DNA of 64,000 nucleotides from Escherichia phage ECP2303: the sequence record PP261279.1. The stretch is one strand, 5' to 3'. The translations under genes were made by a program, and so were the position numbers. A model generated the notes under the pieces. It was not told the DNA's origin. It made no database searches and saw only the letters and a list, made by a program, of their open reading frames with translations. Shown here one piece after another: positions 47,573 through 56,772 of the stretch (the stretch's first letter is position 1; the number at the start of each line of letters is the position of its first letter).

Positions 47573-47919
47573 CACAAGAACGTATCGATTTGGCTAATAA
47601 GTTTGTAGACCTCATTTTGCCACGGTTAGTTACTCAACATGCAGATGCTATTTCTACTAATCTTGATGGCTTACGCCTAATGCTGAATCGCACAGATGAC
47701 CCTCGTATTCGGGCTGATTTAGAAGCCTCTGCCAACAAACTGGAAAAGTTCTTGCAAGTAGACACGCAAGAAGCCTTGCACAAGATTATGGTGGAAGGTT
47801 TCTCTAAAGAATTTACCATTAAAGAGCTTAAGGAGCTGATCCACCAAGAAGAGATGAATATCCGAGTTCAGGCTGTTGCAAGCAGCATGGAAGCGGCTAT
47901 TGAAAAACTGTTGCAGTAA
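47569..47919 (+). CDS. hypothetical protein
   Basis: 116-aa helical ORF, probable GTG start overlapping the upstream stop. Confidence 0.45.
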   Translation: MTQERIDLANKFVDLILPRLVTQHADAISTNLDGLRLMLNRTDDPRIRADLEASANKLEKFLQVDTQEALHKIMVEGFSKEFTIKELKELIHQEEMNIRVQAVASSMEAAIEKLLQ

Positions 47920-47957
47920 AAGTACTTGGCACATCTCAATCTGAAAGGAGTCCCAAC

Positions 47958-48746
47958 ATGGGTCGAGCTAAAGAAACAAAACGCATGCGTGATGAAGCTA
48001 GAGAGGCTCGCAAATCTGATCGCCTGCGTAAGGCTGCTGAGAAATTTGCTGACGAAAGAGAGCACACCGCTCCAGCTCTCCGACCAATGAATAAGAAGCA
48101 GCAAAAGTATCTTGATTATCTAGGGTCACGTAAGATTATTATTGTAAACGGTGTGTTTGGATCCGGTAAGACATTTATGGCATCTGCATATGCAGGTGAT
48201 CTTCTGCGTAAGAACGAGATTGATAAGATCATTGTTGCACGTCCTTACGTCCAGACAGGAAAGACTTCAGGATTTAAACCTGGAAATGCAATGCAGAAAC
48301 TGTGGCCCTATCTTAGAAGCATGATGGACACGATTTGTCGTCGTGTTGGCAAAGGTGCTTTTGCAGCAATGCTTGGGGACGGTCAGAACAGCCGTATCGA
48401 GATTTGTGAGGTTGAAAGCATTCGTGGTCGTAGTTTTGATGAACGATGCTTTGTCCTTATTGATGAAGCACAGCAAACTAACCCTGAAGAAATGTTGTCA
48501 ATTATCACAAGGATCTCTGATCAGGCCACCCTTGTAATTATGGGTGATAATAGCCAACGTGACATCCCTGGTAAATCTGGCCTTGCATGGGTGACAGATT
48601 TCTTTACTCGCCATCCAGATCCTGATGTTGGAATGATTAGCTTTGATAGTCCAGACGATGTCGTTCGTTCCGGGTTAGGCCGTCAGATTGCACTCAATCT
48701 TATTGAGGATCGTGCAAATCATATTTGGACTCCTGTTTCCGAGTAA
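47958..48746 (+). CDS. phoH: PhoH-like ATPase
   Basis: 262 aa; Walker A GVFGSGKTF and Walker B LIDEAQ. Confidence 0.8.
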   Translation: MGRAKETKRMRDEAREARKSDRLRKAAEKFADEREHTAPALRPMNKKQQKYLDYLGSRKIIIVNGVFGSGKTFMASAYAGDLLRKNEIDKIIVARPYVQTGKTSGFKPGNAMQKLWPYLRSMMDTICRRVGKGAFAAMLGDGQNSRIEICEVESIRGRSFDERCFVLIDEAQQTNPEEMLSIITRISDQATLVIMGDNSQRDIPGKSGLAWVTDFFTRHPDPDVGMISFDSPDDVVRSGLGRQIALNLIEDRANHIWTPVSE

Positions 48747-48751
48747 TACAG

Positions 48752-48775
48752 AAGGGTGGTTATTCCACCCTTAAA
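48752..48775 (+). terminator. intrinsic terminator after phoH
   Basis: GGGTGG-TTATT-CCACCC hairpin followed by TTAAATAT. Confidence 0.55.
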
Positions 48776-48790
48776 TATCTAAAACAGTTG

Positions 48791-48819
48791 TTGACAAACA
48801 GGTGAGCTTTAGATATTAT
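48791..48819 (+). promoter_or_regulatory. sigma70-like promoter
   Basis: TTGACA-N17-TATTAT. Confidence 0.55.
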
Positions 48820-48849
48820 TATTGGACAAAACAAGGAGAAGGGCACAGT

Positions 48850-49161
48850 ATGGCTACAATACAAGAGAGACTGAATAAAATATACTGCCTGTTTGTGCAT
48901 AACGGCGAGACAATTTTGGCAAATAAGGGATTCAAGAATGTGTGGACCAAGGACAGTGGTGGTAATATAATCAACCTAGCGTTGCTACGTGAGCGCCGAC
49001 ACAGATTCTTTATCGAGTCTCGGATTATTGAAAGCAGCACCTGCTACAGAACAGGCGATAAAGTAATTGTTGACAATGATACGTGGTATGTGGTAGACTG
49101 GCAATCATTGAGCTGTGATGCTTCTGACAATCGTAAGTATTCTATAGTGATTGCTAAATAA
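48850..49161 (+). CDS. hypothetical protein
   Basis: Trimmed to the ATG with AAGGAGAAGGG Shine-Dalgarno; 103 aa. Confidence 0.5.
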   Translation: MATIQERLNKIYCLFVHNGETILANKGFKNVWTKDSGGNIINLALLRERRHRFFIESRIIESSTCYRTGDKVIVDNDTWYVVDWQSLSCDASDNRKYSIVIAK

Positions 49162-49221
49162 AGGTAAATGTGAATCAGGTTTAAATAAATAGCTTTCAAC
49201 TTCCAATATTAAGGATTTCTC

Positions 49222-50271
49222 ATGAATTTAACACCTCGCAGCACCATGGTACACGGCATGAAAGAAAAACAGAACGGTTTCGAACCTATGAGTAATAAAA
49301 TGTTCGGTATGCCGGGTGGTATTATGGAGACATACAGCTACCCAACACCTGTTGTTGACCACGTTCTTTATATCGACGATTTGGAAGACCTGCAGGATCA
49401 TATGTCTCGCCTGCAGACGATCCGTATGGCTCAGCCTGAAGAAAGCATTCGAGTGATCATTAACAGCCCTGGTGGTTGCGTGCACATTGCGATGGCTTAT
49501 CTGCAGGCATTCCGCGAGTCTCAGGCAAGCGTTGTTGCACATGCGGAAGGGATGTGCTGCTCTGCGGGAACAATCTTATGGCTGGGTTGCAAAGAACGTA
49601 CTGTGGCTCCGGACACAGAATTTATGTTCCACTACTATCAAGGTGGCACTTATGGTAACGGTGTGAACATGAATACTCAGGTCAGCTACTGGAAAAAGCG
49701 TTTCGAACGCCTGATCGAAAAATACTACGGTTGGGTGCTGACAGAAGATGAGATCGCATCCATCACAGCTGGTGGTGAAGTGTGGTTGGACGGAGAGGAG
49801 CTGGCAGCTCGAACTGGAGCTATCATTCTGGATGAAGGTAACATACAACGCATCCAGAACGGACAAAAACCGAAAAAGCTTCTGGCAAAAGGTGATGAAG
49901 AAGGTGTGTTAGGTGAAGCAGGTCTCCCGGAGATTCACCAGTGTACCTCTTTAGATGAGTTAGTTCATGCTGTTGAATCTGCAAAAGCTGGTGGTTCGAA
50001 AGGTGATGTTCACACTGTGTTCCTGAACCTGCAGATGGAAAGTGGTGAGACCGTTAAGATTGCCTTAGGTGAGATTACCTCAGAAGATCTGCAGCGATTC
50101 TCTGTCGTTGAACTTCAAGACATTTTGTCCCAATTGAAGACAACCCTAAACGGCGGTGAAGAGGTTAAGGTAAAAGATAAGACTCGCAAGCGTCTGGTGG
50201 ACAATATTATTAAAACAGCAAAAGAGCTCAATGAAAAAATCCTGGGTGCAGGAATTGTCGAAGAAGCTTAA
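49222..50271 (+). CDS. ClpP-family serine protease with C-terminal extension
   Basis: 349 aa; INSPGG, GMCCSAGT (Ser) and MFHYYQGG (His) match ClpP catalytic regions; extra ~150-aa acidic C-terminal domain. Confidence 0.65.
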   Translation: MNLTPRSTMVHGMKEKQNGFEPMSNKMFGMPGGIMETYSYPTPVVDHVLYIDDLEDLQDHMSRLQTIRMAQPEESIRVIINSPGGCVHIAMAYLQAFRESQASVVAHAEGMCCSAGTILWLGCKERTVAPDTEFMFHYYQGGTYGNGVNMNTQVSYWKKRFERLIEKYYGWVLTEDEIASITAGGEVWLDGEELAARTGAIILDEGNIQRIQNGQKPKKLLAKGDEEGVLGEAGLPEIHQCTSLDELVHAVESAKAGGSKGDVHTVFLNLQMESGETVKIALGEITSEDLQRFSVVELQDILSQLKTTLNGGEEVKVKDKTRKRLVDNIIKTAKELNEKILGAGIVEEA

Positions 50272-50283
50272 ACATTAATTCTA

Positions 50284-50306
50284 AAGCCCTCTTCGGAGGG
50301 CTTTTA
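50284..50306 (+). terminator. intrinsic terminator
   Basis: AAGCCCTC-TTCG-GAGGGCTT hairpin followed by TTAT. Confidence 0.65.
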
Positions 50307-50322
50307 TGATCTGGAGATTTGC

Positions 50323-50856
50323 ATGACTTGTGCTCGAAAACCTGATGAACAACGTAACGCCTACGATGAGTATGTGACACCGGAGTGGTGTGCAGAAGGG
50401 CTGTATGACCTTATTCCGTTCCCAGAAGACTGGACCTACTTAGAGCCTTGCAGGAATAGTGCCTCAGGTGTGTTCTACTCCCGTATGCCGTTAGGATCTG
50501 CATGGGGAGAAATCCAAGAAGGTGTTGACTATCTGAATACAGAATACAACCATGTTGACTGTATTATCACCAACCCACCATACAGTTTGGCTCGTGAGTT
50601 TGTAGACAAGGCGTTGAAAGATGCTGACGTAGTTATTATGCTTTTGCGTCTTAATTTTCTGGAAAGCAAAGCCAGATTTGAATGGTGGCTTGATAATGCA
50701 CCTACCACTGTGATCACAATATCTAAGCGTCCATCTTTTCAATCAAATGGCAGAACTGACGGGCAAGCATATGCATATTTTGTGTGGGATAAGAAAAACC
50801 GTTTAGGCTTGCCGCCGTTTATGTGGTTGGCACCCCCAGAGGTAGACCTGAAATGA
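50323..50856 (+). CDS. small DNA N6-adenine methyltransferase (orphan)
   Basis: 177 aa with an NPPY catalytic motif (CIITNPPYSLA). Confidence 0.6.
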   Translation: MTCARKPDEQRNAYDEYVTPEWCAEGLYDLIPFPEDWTYLEPCRNSASGVFYSRMPLGSAWGEIQEGVDYLNTEYNHVDCIITNPPYSLAREFVDKALKDADVVIMLLRLNFLESKARFEWWLDNAPTTVITISKRPSFQSNGRTDGQAYAYFVWDKKNRLGLPPFMWLAPPEVDLK

Positions 50857-51137
50857 AAATGAGTGCTAAGGACAAATTACACCAGCTAGCGCTAAAACGC
50901 CCTGTAACGCTCCCTGACGAGCTTAACTCCATTTATGATGCGATTGTAGGGGAGATACAAAATAAAGCGTTAGCAGGCTTTCTGGGGTGCGGATTTTCGA
51001 TAAATCTACCCTCGCATCTCTCAGATTACTTCCCGCACATTGTTGGAGATTTAAGGGCAGGAGGTCTGCAGGTAGATGTTGTTGGCATCTCCCCAGAGAA
51101 AAATAATACGGTTGCCTACTTGACAGTAACCTGGTAG
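50853..51137 (+). CDS. hypothetical protein
   Basis: Trimmed to the ATG overlapping the upstream stop (ATGA). Confidence 0.45.
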   Translation: MKMSAKDKLHQLALKRPVTLPDELNSIYDAIVGEIQNKALAGFLGCGFSINLPSHLSDYFPHIVGDLRAGGLQVDVVGISPEKNNTVAYLTVTW

Positions 51138-51172
51138 TTGTGTATTGTTGTTTTCAACAAGAGGGGTCATTT

Positions 51173-51412
51173 ATGTACAAGTCATTTTCAATCTACTCAA
51201 GACAGGCGAAACACTACACAGAGATCCTGATCACTCAGAAAAAATCTGTGGAAGGTGAGTGGGAATATCACCATAAAATGTTGCGTCCAGACTGGGTTTT
51301 TGATAGACTTATTGCTATGATCCCTCTCGGAGAAGTATACCCTCTGACAGCCCATCGCGATGCTTGGGATTTAATTGATTACATAGATTCATTTAAGGAG
51401 CCTAGATTATGA
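51173..51412 (+). CDS. hypothetical protein
   Basis: Trimmed to the ATG with AGAGGGG Shine-Dalgarno. Confidence 0.45.
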   Translation: MYKSFSIYSRQAKHYTEILITQKKSVEGEWEYHHKMLRPDWVFDRLIAMIPLGEVYPLTAHRDAWDLIDYIDSFKEPRL

Positions 51413-51807
51413 AGATTGAGATTACTAAAGAAGGTAAGAAAGTGTCCGGCAACTATGCAACAGTAATTCGGGATTTAATGTTTGAAGCCACCAAGATCGG
51501 TACATCTAAAGTTGGTCAAACTGTTAGTGTGAAAAGTAATATCTCCACAGGAGAGAAGGTATTCATTGTGGTCAAAGGGCAGGATCCCGTGGAAGGAACA
51601 GTGGGCCGAGGTGGCTACCTGTGCATTTCTGAAGAGCCGCGTATGTTAGTGGCTGACGCTACTATGGGTGGGAAACGTGTGTGCGAGGCGGATGAGGTAA
51701 TGATTATCCAACCTGTTGATCCAGATGACCCAGCAACTTGGGTGGTAGGAAATGAAATCTTCTCTTTAGAAGAGTTATCCTTCCCAGCACCGCGCTCTGT
51801 TCAGTAA
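51409..51807 (+). CDS. small protein, MK(I/V)-start paralogous family member
   Basis: 132 aa starting MKIEIT with a VVKGQDP motif. Confidence 0.45.
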   Translation: MKIEITKEGKKVSGNYATVIRDLMFEATKIGTSKVGQTVSVKSNISTGEKVFIVVKGQDPVEGTVGRGGYLCISEEPRMLVADATMGGKRVCEADEVMIIQPVDPDDPATWVVGNEIFSLEELSFPAPRSVQ

Positions 51808-51844
51808 TAATTTATCTTACCAGGGACGGTAGGTAGGAGGTAGC

Positions 51845-52078
51845 ATGAAAGTTAAATTTCTTACAGATTTAGGGTACCCTTCCTTGGTTGACTGTGTTGG
51901 TAAAATTGTGGAAGCAAAACGGCTATCTGCAAACGAGAATGTTGTCCTGGTTAAAGGGAAGGATTTACTAGCTGCAGGTGCAGAGTCTGGCAGGATCTCT
52001 CCTGATTATATGTATTACCTATCTTTAAGTAATCTGCCAGAGCGAGGCGGTAAAGGCCTTGAAGTTGTGGAGGAGTGA
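51845..52078 (+). CDS. small protein, MKVK/VKGxDL paralogous family
   Basis: 77 aa; MKVKFLTDLGY...VGKIVEA...VLVKGKDLLAAGAESG; strong Shine-Dalgarno. Confidence 0.55.
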   Translation: MKVKFLTDLGYPSLVDCVGKIVEAKRLSANENVVLVKGKDLLAAGAESGRISPDYMYYLSLSNLPERGGKGLEVVEE

Positions 52079-52083
52079 CAGGT

Positions 52084-52608
52084 ATGCTTCTGATTAACTG
52101 GGAAGACCTCTATGGGGACAAAGACCCTGTTGCGTTTGTTGATCGTAGGTGGAGATACACTGAAGAACAACTGGCGGCAAAAAATTTAACTGCAAAACGC
52201 AGAAAGATCATCCAGTGCAAGTACAAATACGCACAGTTTGCTGCAAAAGTGTCTCCACAAATCGAGAGCTTTGTGCTTAAATTGTATGACGAGTACCTCA
52301 AATTCAAATTGGATTTTGTGCAGGTGTACCGTGCACAGGTACGACCAGATACCAACATATGTAGATGGAAGGTTGTTTGTGAAGGTAAAGATTTGCCGCT
52401 CAGCTTGACAATTGAGTGGCGTTATGGGTATCATGAGTGTGGTCTGTATGATATTTGGGATGTCATTGTAGATCCTGCTAAGCATCTGAACACAGAGGAG
52501 CTGGAATATATCAATAAGGTTATTCTCGATATGTTTTTCAGCTACACACATGAAAACTCTGAGAAAGAACGGGATAATTTTCTTGACACCCTCAGCGACC
52601 ATTTGTAG
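52084..52608 (+). CDS. hypothetical protein
   Basis: Trimmed to the ATG after GGAGGAG; ~175 aa. Confidence 0.5.
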   Translation: MLLINWEDLYGDKDPVAFVDRRWRYTEEQLAAKNLTAKRRKIIQCKYKYAQFAAKVSPQIESFVLKLYDEYLKFKLDFVQVYRAQVRPDTNICRWKVVCEGKDLPLSLTIEWRYGYHECGLYDIWDVIVDPAKHLNTEELEYINKVILDMFFSYTHENSEKERDNFLDTLSDHL

Positions 52609-52611
52609 TAT
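52583..52611 (+). promoter_or_regulatory. sigma70-like promoter
   Basis: TTGACA-N17-TAGTAT within the 3' end of the upstream gene. Confidence 0.45.
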
Positions 52612-52638
52612 ACAATTTAACCTACAAAGGGAGGACCA

Positions 52639-52866
52639 ATGAGTATAAATGTTGTGCTAATAGGTTACCTGGTAATGTCCGTTATAACAGCGGTATTCTT
52701 GACAGGTGTATGCATCGTGTCCAGACGAAGGGTGAAGTTTGATGATTTTATCACCATCATCACTGCTGCACCTTTTTGGCCTGTTGTTATCTTCATCGTA
52801 ATAATGTGCCTAGTTGATTACTACAAGAATATCAGGAAGGAGAGTAGGGATGGAGACCGCACCTAA
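52639..52866 (+). CDS. two-TM small membrane protein (holin-like candidate)
   Basis: 75 aa with two hydrophobic helices and a charged C-terminus; AAGGGAGGA Shine-Dalgarno. Confidence 0.5.
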   Translation: MSINVVLIGYLVMSVITAVFLTGVCIVSRRRVKFDDFITIITAAPFWPVVIFIVIMCLVDYYKNIRKESRDGDRT

Positions 52867-53002
52867 AACTATCTATACTGTTCTTAAAGAGATTGCGTTC
52901 TACGCAGATCTTAGCCAGGCACCTTTATGGGAAAAGAGCATGTATTTAAAATGGTGCGTTAATTTAGGGAGACCTTCCAGTGTTTCAAGCCATGTTTATT
53001 GA
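52850..53002 (+). CDS. hypothetical small protein
   Basis: Trimmed to the ATG with GGAAGGAGAG Shine-Dalgarno; 50 aa. Confidence 0.35.
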   Translation: METAPKTIYTVLKEIAFYADLSQAPLWEKSMYLKWCVNLGRPSSVSSHVY

Positions 53003-53085
53003 GATGCTATCTGGGATATTGTTACTGGTAGCCATCTTAGGTGGTGCAGTTCTGATGTATAACTATCTTGAAAAAGGAGACAGCA

Positions 53086-53271
53086 ATGGTAAAAAATAAA
53101 TCTTTAGAGCAGGCTGAAAACCTTCTCCACGAGCTGGTAAAGGAGTGGAAAGTTGAATACTCAGATTTTAATGCACGAGAGGGTGAAGATTATTGGCCTA
53201 CGGAGCGCTCAGAGGGCGAATGGTATCAAGATTTTATAGAGTGGTTATATCAGACGTGCGATGAGGGGTGA
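53086..53271 (+). CDS. hypothetical protein
   Basis: Trimmed to the ATG with AAAGGAGA Shine-Dalgarno; acidic. Confidence 0.45.
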   Translation: MVKNKSLEQAENLLHELVKEWKVEYSDFNAREGEDYWPTERSEGEWYQDFIEWLYQTCDEG

Positions 53272-53738
53272 CGATGTTTGTTAAATATGTAAAAACGTGC
53301 CTCAACAGTCTTGGCAGAGAGCATTGGTACACCTTGCTTGAAAAAGGGGAAATTTTAACAAAATCTGGAAAGATAACTTTGATACCTCTTGATAGTAAAG
53401 GTAAAGACCCGTCACGACTTGTTATAGATGATTACGTTACAGGTGTGACGTTCGAGGTCTCTGTGGAGAGGTTAATACGCAGAGCTGGCGGCCCTTATGA
53501 CCGAAGAGAGTATGTTTTCGATTCCGTTACAGAGATGGGGGAGCATCCGTCTTTAATGTTCAGGATGGTAATCAGAGATATGAGGTCATCTATAGATAGG
53601 ATCGTAAAGGACATTAAGGAACCTTTTAGAGTAAAAGTTAAGAAGTTTTTCGATTCTAAGATTAACATACTCGCCGTTGCACTAGGTGTAGTTCAACTTC
53701 TGTTAATTTTGCACTATTTTGAACTACTATTTAAGTAG
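53268..53738 (+). CDS. hypothetical protein with C-terminal TM anchor
   Basis: 156 aa; C-terminal hydrophobic segment ILAVALGVVQLLLILHYF. Confidence 0.5.
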   Translation: MTMFVKYVKTCLNSLGREHWYTLLEKGEILTKSGKITLIPLDSKGKDPSRLVIDDYVTGVTFEVSVERLIRRAGGPYDRREYVFDSVTEMGEHPSLMFRMVIRDMRSSIDRIVKDIKEPFRVKVKKFFDSKINILAVALGVVQLLLILHYFELLFK

Positions 53739-53800
53739 TAGTTGAGATATGGCACAAAGGATGTGCCATAGTGAAATAAACTAAGAAAGAGGTAGAGAGA

Positions 53801-54148
53801 ATGCCAAAGATTAAAACGTTATTACTGTGGGTAGCTGTTTTAGCTTTTATAGGGTACTGGACTTGGGAAACTGAATTAAAAGATATCGGATATACCAGTC
53901 TTGAGAGCAAGGCGTGCATTGGCATAACCGATGCGTTCAGGCAAAATGCTATGGATCACGAATGTGTTGATGCAGATATAGATGAGAAACTGTCTAAGGA
54001 CAAAGATTTTTACCATGGGTATGCTTTACTTGATAGTGGTGACACTGTAGAGTTCTGGTCGTGGTTTCGTGAAGATGGAACAATAAAAACAGCAGTAAAG
54101 ATCTCTAACAAAGAGTTAATGCTGTTGCAGCAAAAGGAGGCTCAATGA
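53801..54148 (+). CDS. hypothetical protein with N-terminal signal/TM
   Basis: 115 aa; N-terminal LLLWVAVLAFIGYW. Confidence 0.5.
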   Translation: MPKIKTLLLWVAVLAFIGYWTWETELKDIGYTSLESKACIGITDAFRQNAMDHECVDADIDEKLSKDKDFYHGYALLDSGDTVEFWSWFREDGTIKTAVKISNKELMLLQQKEAQ

Positions 54149-54432
54149 TCTGGATATCCTATGCTGATGGCACCATGCTGTATACTGCAGGTACCAGATA
54201 TGAAGTTCAGGAGAACGATAAAAAATTTATCGTAAAAACATTTGACAAGGACGACAACCTTTTGCTAGAATTGACTTACAAAGTTGGAGAGGTATCCAAT
54301 ATCCAGTTGGATTGTGGTCATAAAGATAATCCACTCAAAAAACCTGGAGTAGGTAAGGCTTCAGAAGAACGTCTGTCTCGTATTGCAGAAAGCGTTTCTC
54401 CCCAAAAATCTAAGAAGAGGACTAGAAAATGA
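54145..54432 (+). CDS. hypothetical protein
   Basis: 95-aa ORF with overlapping start/stop. Confidence 0.45.
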   Translation: MIWISYADGTMLYTAGTRYEVQENDKKFIVKTFDKDDNLLLELTYKVGEVSNIQLDCGHKDNPLKKPGVGKASEERLSRIAESVSPQKSKKRTRK

Positions 54433-54623
54433 AAAACTTACGTTTTAACACTTATTACTACAACACATTGAATGATTTGTATTATATTGTTCGAAGTAAA
54501 AGTCCTGAAACAGTCCTATTCTGCCGCGAACCTTTCAAAGGGGAGGAAGTAGAGTCTGAGATGAATGTTAGCCAGATCACCTCTTTGTTGCTCTCAGGCG
54601 CAATGGAAGAAGCAATATTCTAA
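54429..54623 (+). CDS. hypothetical protein
   Basis: 64-aa ORF. Confidence 0.4.
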   Translation: MKNLRFNTYYYNTLNDLYYIVRSKSPETVLFCREPFKGEEVESEMNVSQITSLLLSGAMEEAIF

Positions 54624-54641
54624 ACCAGGCAGGAGGGTTTT

Positions 54642-54827
54642 ATGAAGCACTATTGCCTGTCTGGTAGAATGGGTGCAGATTGTGATTGGGTTTTCTTAAA
54701 ACTTGTCAGCATTCGAGAGTTCATCCCAGAGGAAGAGCAAGAAAGCGAGCTGATGTCATGGATCAACCATTACGGTAACACTTTTCGGCATGTTAAGGTA
54801 GAAGAGTTGCCAAGCGAGGCTGATTGA
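54642..54827 (+). CDS. hypothetical protein
   Basis: 61-aa ORF with GGAGGG Shine-Dalgarno. Confidence 0.45.
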   Translation: MKHYCLSGRMGADCDWVFLKLVSIREFIPEEEQESELMSWINHYGNTFRHVKVEELPSEAD

Positions 54828-54829
54828 CT

Positions 54830-54919
54830 ATGATTGCATCAATATTAACGTTTATAGGTGGCGTGGCATTCGGATTCATTGTTTGCCTGTTTATAGTGAT
54901 TATGTCTATGCGAGGCTGA
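54830..54919 (+). CDS. hydrophobic micro-protein (29 aa), not in the ORF track
   Basis: MIASILTFIGGVAFGFIVCLFIVIMSMRG; fills the gap between flanking genes. Confidence 0.35.
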   Translation: MIASILTFIGGVAFGFIVCLFIVIMSMRG

Positions 54920-54922
54920 ATT

Positions 54923-55219
54923 ATGAAACTTTTTGAGTGGTTTAAAAAGTTTAAATATAAAGCTGTAGCCATCGTGCCGTGGTCCATTCAGTGGGTTGAT
55001 GAAGGTGGTCTACCGATACCTGGTGACAAAGATACTGGGTACTGGATTATGATGGAGAACGGGTTTGGAAAGCGAAAGTATACGTGCACAAACTCTACTC
55101 GATCTGCACTTAATAGAGTTCCTGGTTACAAACTTATGGTTGTGTGGAAAATGTCAGGCGTGCCTCCAGCCAATGCTCAATTTCTTACTGACAATCCGAC
55201 CACGGTAGAGGGAGATTGA
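54923..55219 (+). CDS. hypothetical protein
   Basis: 98-aa ORF. Confidence 0.45.
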   Translation: MKLFEWFKKFKYKAVAIVPWSIQWVDEGGLPIPGDKDTGYWIMMENGFGKRKYTCTNSTRSALNRVPGYKLMVVWKMSGVPPANAQFLTDNPTTVEGD

Positions 55220-55503
55220 TAATGAAAAAGATTAACAGTAGTGAAGTAGAGTTTAAACTTGTCGGAAAAGGCACTTACTGGGAAGTTCGTCAAAAGGTAT
55301 ATTTGTTCGGTATTATTCCCTACTGGTCTAAATTCTACTGGGGAGCTAACGAGTGGGGAAGATACGCCACCAAATCAATGGCACTTATTGGTATAGCAGA
55401 GTACATTGCAGCCCGAGATAGGGTTGGAACCACTTATTACTACACTGCTGACGATATTCGTAACAGTGTTTACGTCCCACAACCGCCTGAGGGAGACCGT
55501 TGA
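55216..55503 (+). CDS. hypothetical protein
   Basis: 95-aa ORF. Confidence 0.45.
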   Translation: MIMKKINSSEVEFKLVGKGTYWEVRQKVYLFGIIPYWSKFYWGANEWGRYATKSMALIGIAEYIAARDRVGTTYYYTADDIRNSVYVPQPPEGDR

Positions 55504-55727
55504 TGAAAGTTAAAGTTTTAGATTCAAGCTTCTATATTGGTCAGGAGCCTTTAGTGGGGAAAGTGTTTACCGCTATCCCTAACGAAGATTATCCTGACCT
55601 TTTAAAAATAAAAGGTGCAGATCTTATTTCCGCTGGTGCATCTCAGGACTGCTTTGACAGCCAGTGGACCTACAACTTTGCCCTTGGTGAGGATGTAGAG
55701 ATAGTGGAGGACGAGAATGAAGGTTAA
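55500..55727 (+). CDS. small protein, MKVK/VKGxDL paralogous family
   Basis: MMKVKVLDSSFYIGQ...VGKVFTA...LKIKGADLISAGAS. Confidence 0.55.
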   Translation: MMKVKVLDSSFYIGQEPLVGKVFTAIPNEDYPDLLKIKGADLISAGASQDCFDSQWTYNFALGEDVEIVEDENEG

Positions 55728-55971
55728 AATTCTTGATTCTAACGTCTACTTGGGACAATCCTTCCTGAAGGGAAAGGTCGTTCCTGCGGTATACTTTGAA
55801 GGGTTGCCGTGGGATGATCCTGTGCGGCAACATCACAGTTATGTAGGCCACAACGTGGTGTTTATCTTGGGATCAGACCTGATCGCTGCTGGTGCACCGG
55901 AATATTATTTCGGGGAAGAATCCTATTATGCCTTTGGGGCAGGGTCAGATGCAGATATTGTAGAGCTGTGA
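55717..55971 (+). CDS. small protein, MKVK/VKGxDL paralogous family
   Basis: MKVKILDSNVYLGQ...KGKVVPA...FILGSDLIAAGAP; tandem to the previous paralog. Confidence 0.55.
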   Translation: MKVKILDSNVYLGQSFLKGKVVPAVYFEGLPWDDPVRQHHSYVGHNVVFILGSDLIAAGAPEYYFGEESYYAFGAGSDADIVEL

Positions 55972-55983
55972 TGGGTAACCGTT

Positions 55984-56382
55984 GTGAAAAATAAACTGTT
56001 CAGAGTTACAATGAAAATTCGCGGAGCTTGGAGCGTAAAGCAAGGGCGTATTCCAGAATTTGAGAAAAACTTCTACGTAGTCTCCACCTCGGAGGAGGCT
56101 GCATGCTGGCAAGCTGGCTATGCCTATGCAAGAACCTGGTACGAAGGATACCAGACTGGAGGCTATGACGGAGAAATTATCAGCAAGGGTGTAGAAGAAA
56201 TTAATGTGTTGACAAGTGAAAAAGTTTTTGTTATAGTGCATCCAGATTCCAGAGTGAAGCATTACTGGAATGCCAGAACAAAAACTTGGACACCGTTTGC
56301 AGATTCTGCTACGCCACTTTTAAACCAGAAAGCTCTTGACTCTGCCCCAAGTTATGGGGTTGTTGAAGAAAAGCTAAACTGA
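55984..56382 (+). CDS. hypothetical protein, paralog of 58189..58584
   Basis: Shared blocks with 58189..58584 (EG, KxFV..HP.S...YW, WTP, AT.L); possible GTG start. Confidence 0.5.
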   Translation: MKNKLFRVTMKIRGAWSVKQGRIPEFEKNFYVVSTSEEAACWQAGYAYARTWYEGYQTGGYDGEIISKGVEEINVLTSEKVFVIVHPDSRVKHYWNARTKTWTPFADSATPLLNQKALDSAPSYGVVEEKLN

Positions 56383-56399
56383 AACAGTGAGGTGCCACT

Positions 56400-56690
56400 A
56401 TGATGGATTTAGTTCGGAATATTGATAACGCAGGAGAGCTTAAAGACGATGGTGTAACAAGCATGGACAAACCCTGCTCTGCAGAGGTTGACTCAAAATG
56501 GACCTACAAGTTTGACGGAGAGATCTTCGCAAATGATGAGAAGGTTGTGGATGCTGCAGCCATTTTGAACGCTCTAGGGTACGACCCTGTGAATTCTTTG
56601 ATCAAGGATCCTGTTGAGTTTGCAGAGTATGTTCGAAAAATGGCAGATCTTGCTGTGGATATTTTAAAAACTATCGACGACAAGCTGTAA
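56400..56690 (+). CDS. hypothetical protein
   Basis: 96-aa acidic ORF. Confidence 0.45.
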   Translation: MMDLVRNIDNAGELKDDGVTSMDKPCSAEVDSKWTYKFDGEIFANDEKVVDAAAILNALGYDPVNSLIKDPVEFAEYVRKMADLAVDILKTIDDKL

Positions 56691-56696
56691 AAACTG

Positions 56697-56725
56697 TTGA
56701 CACAACGCTTCAGATTTAGTATCAT
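56697..56725 (+). promoter_or_regulatory. sigma70-like promoter
   Basis: TTGACA-N17-TATCAT. Confidence 0.45.
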
Positions 56726-56772
56726 TGTTTTCAAAGAGGGTTTGGTTCCCTCTTCTTTAAAAGGAACACGTT

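Noticed and set aside
56209-56237. Internal TTGACA-N17-TATAGT promoter inside gene 55984..56382
   Set aside because: The match is good but sits mid-gene with no gene start following; kept out of the feature list as likely coincidental.
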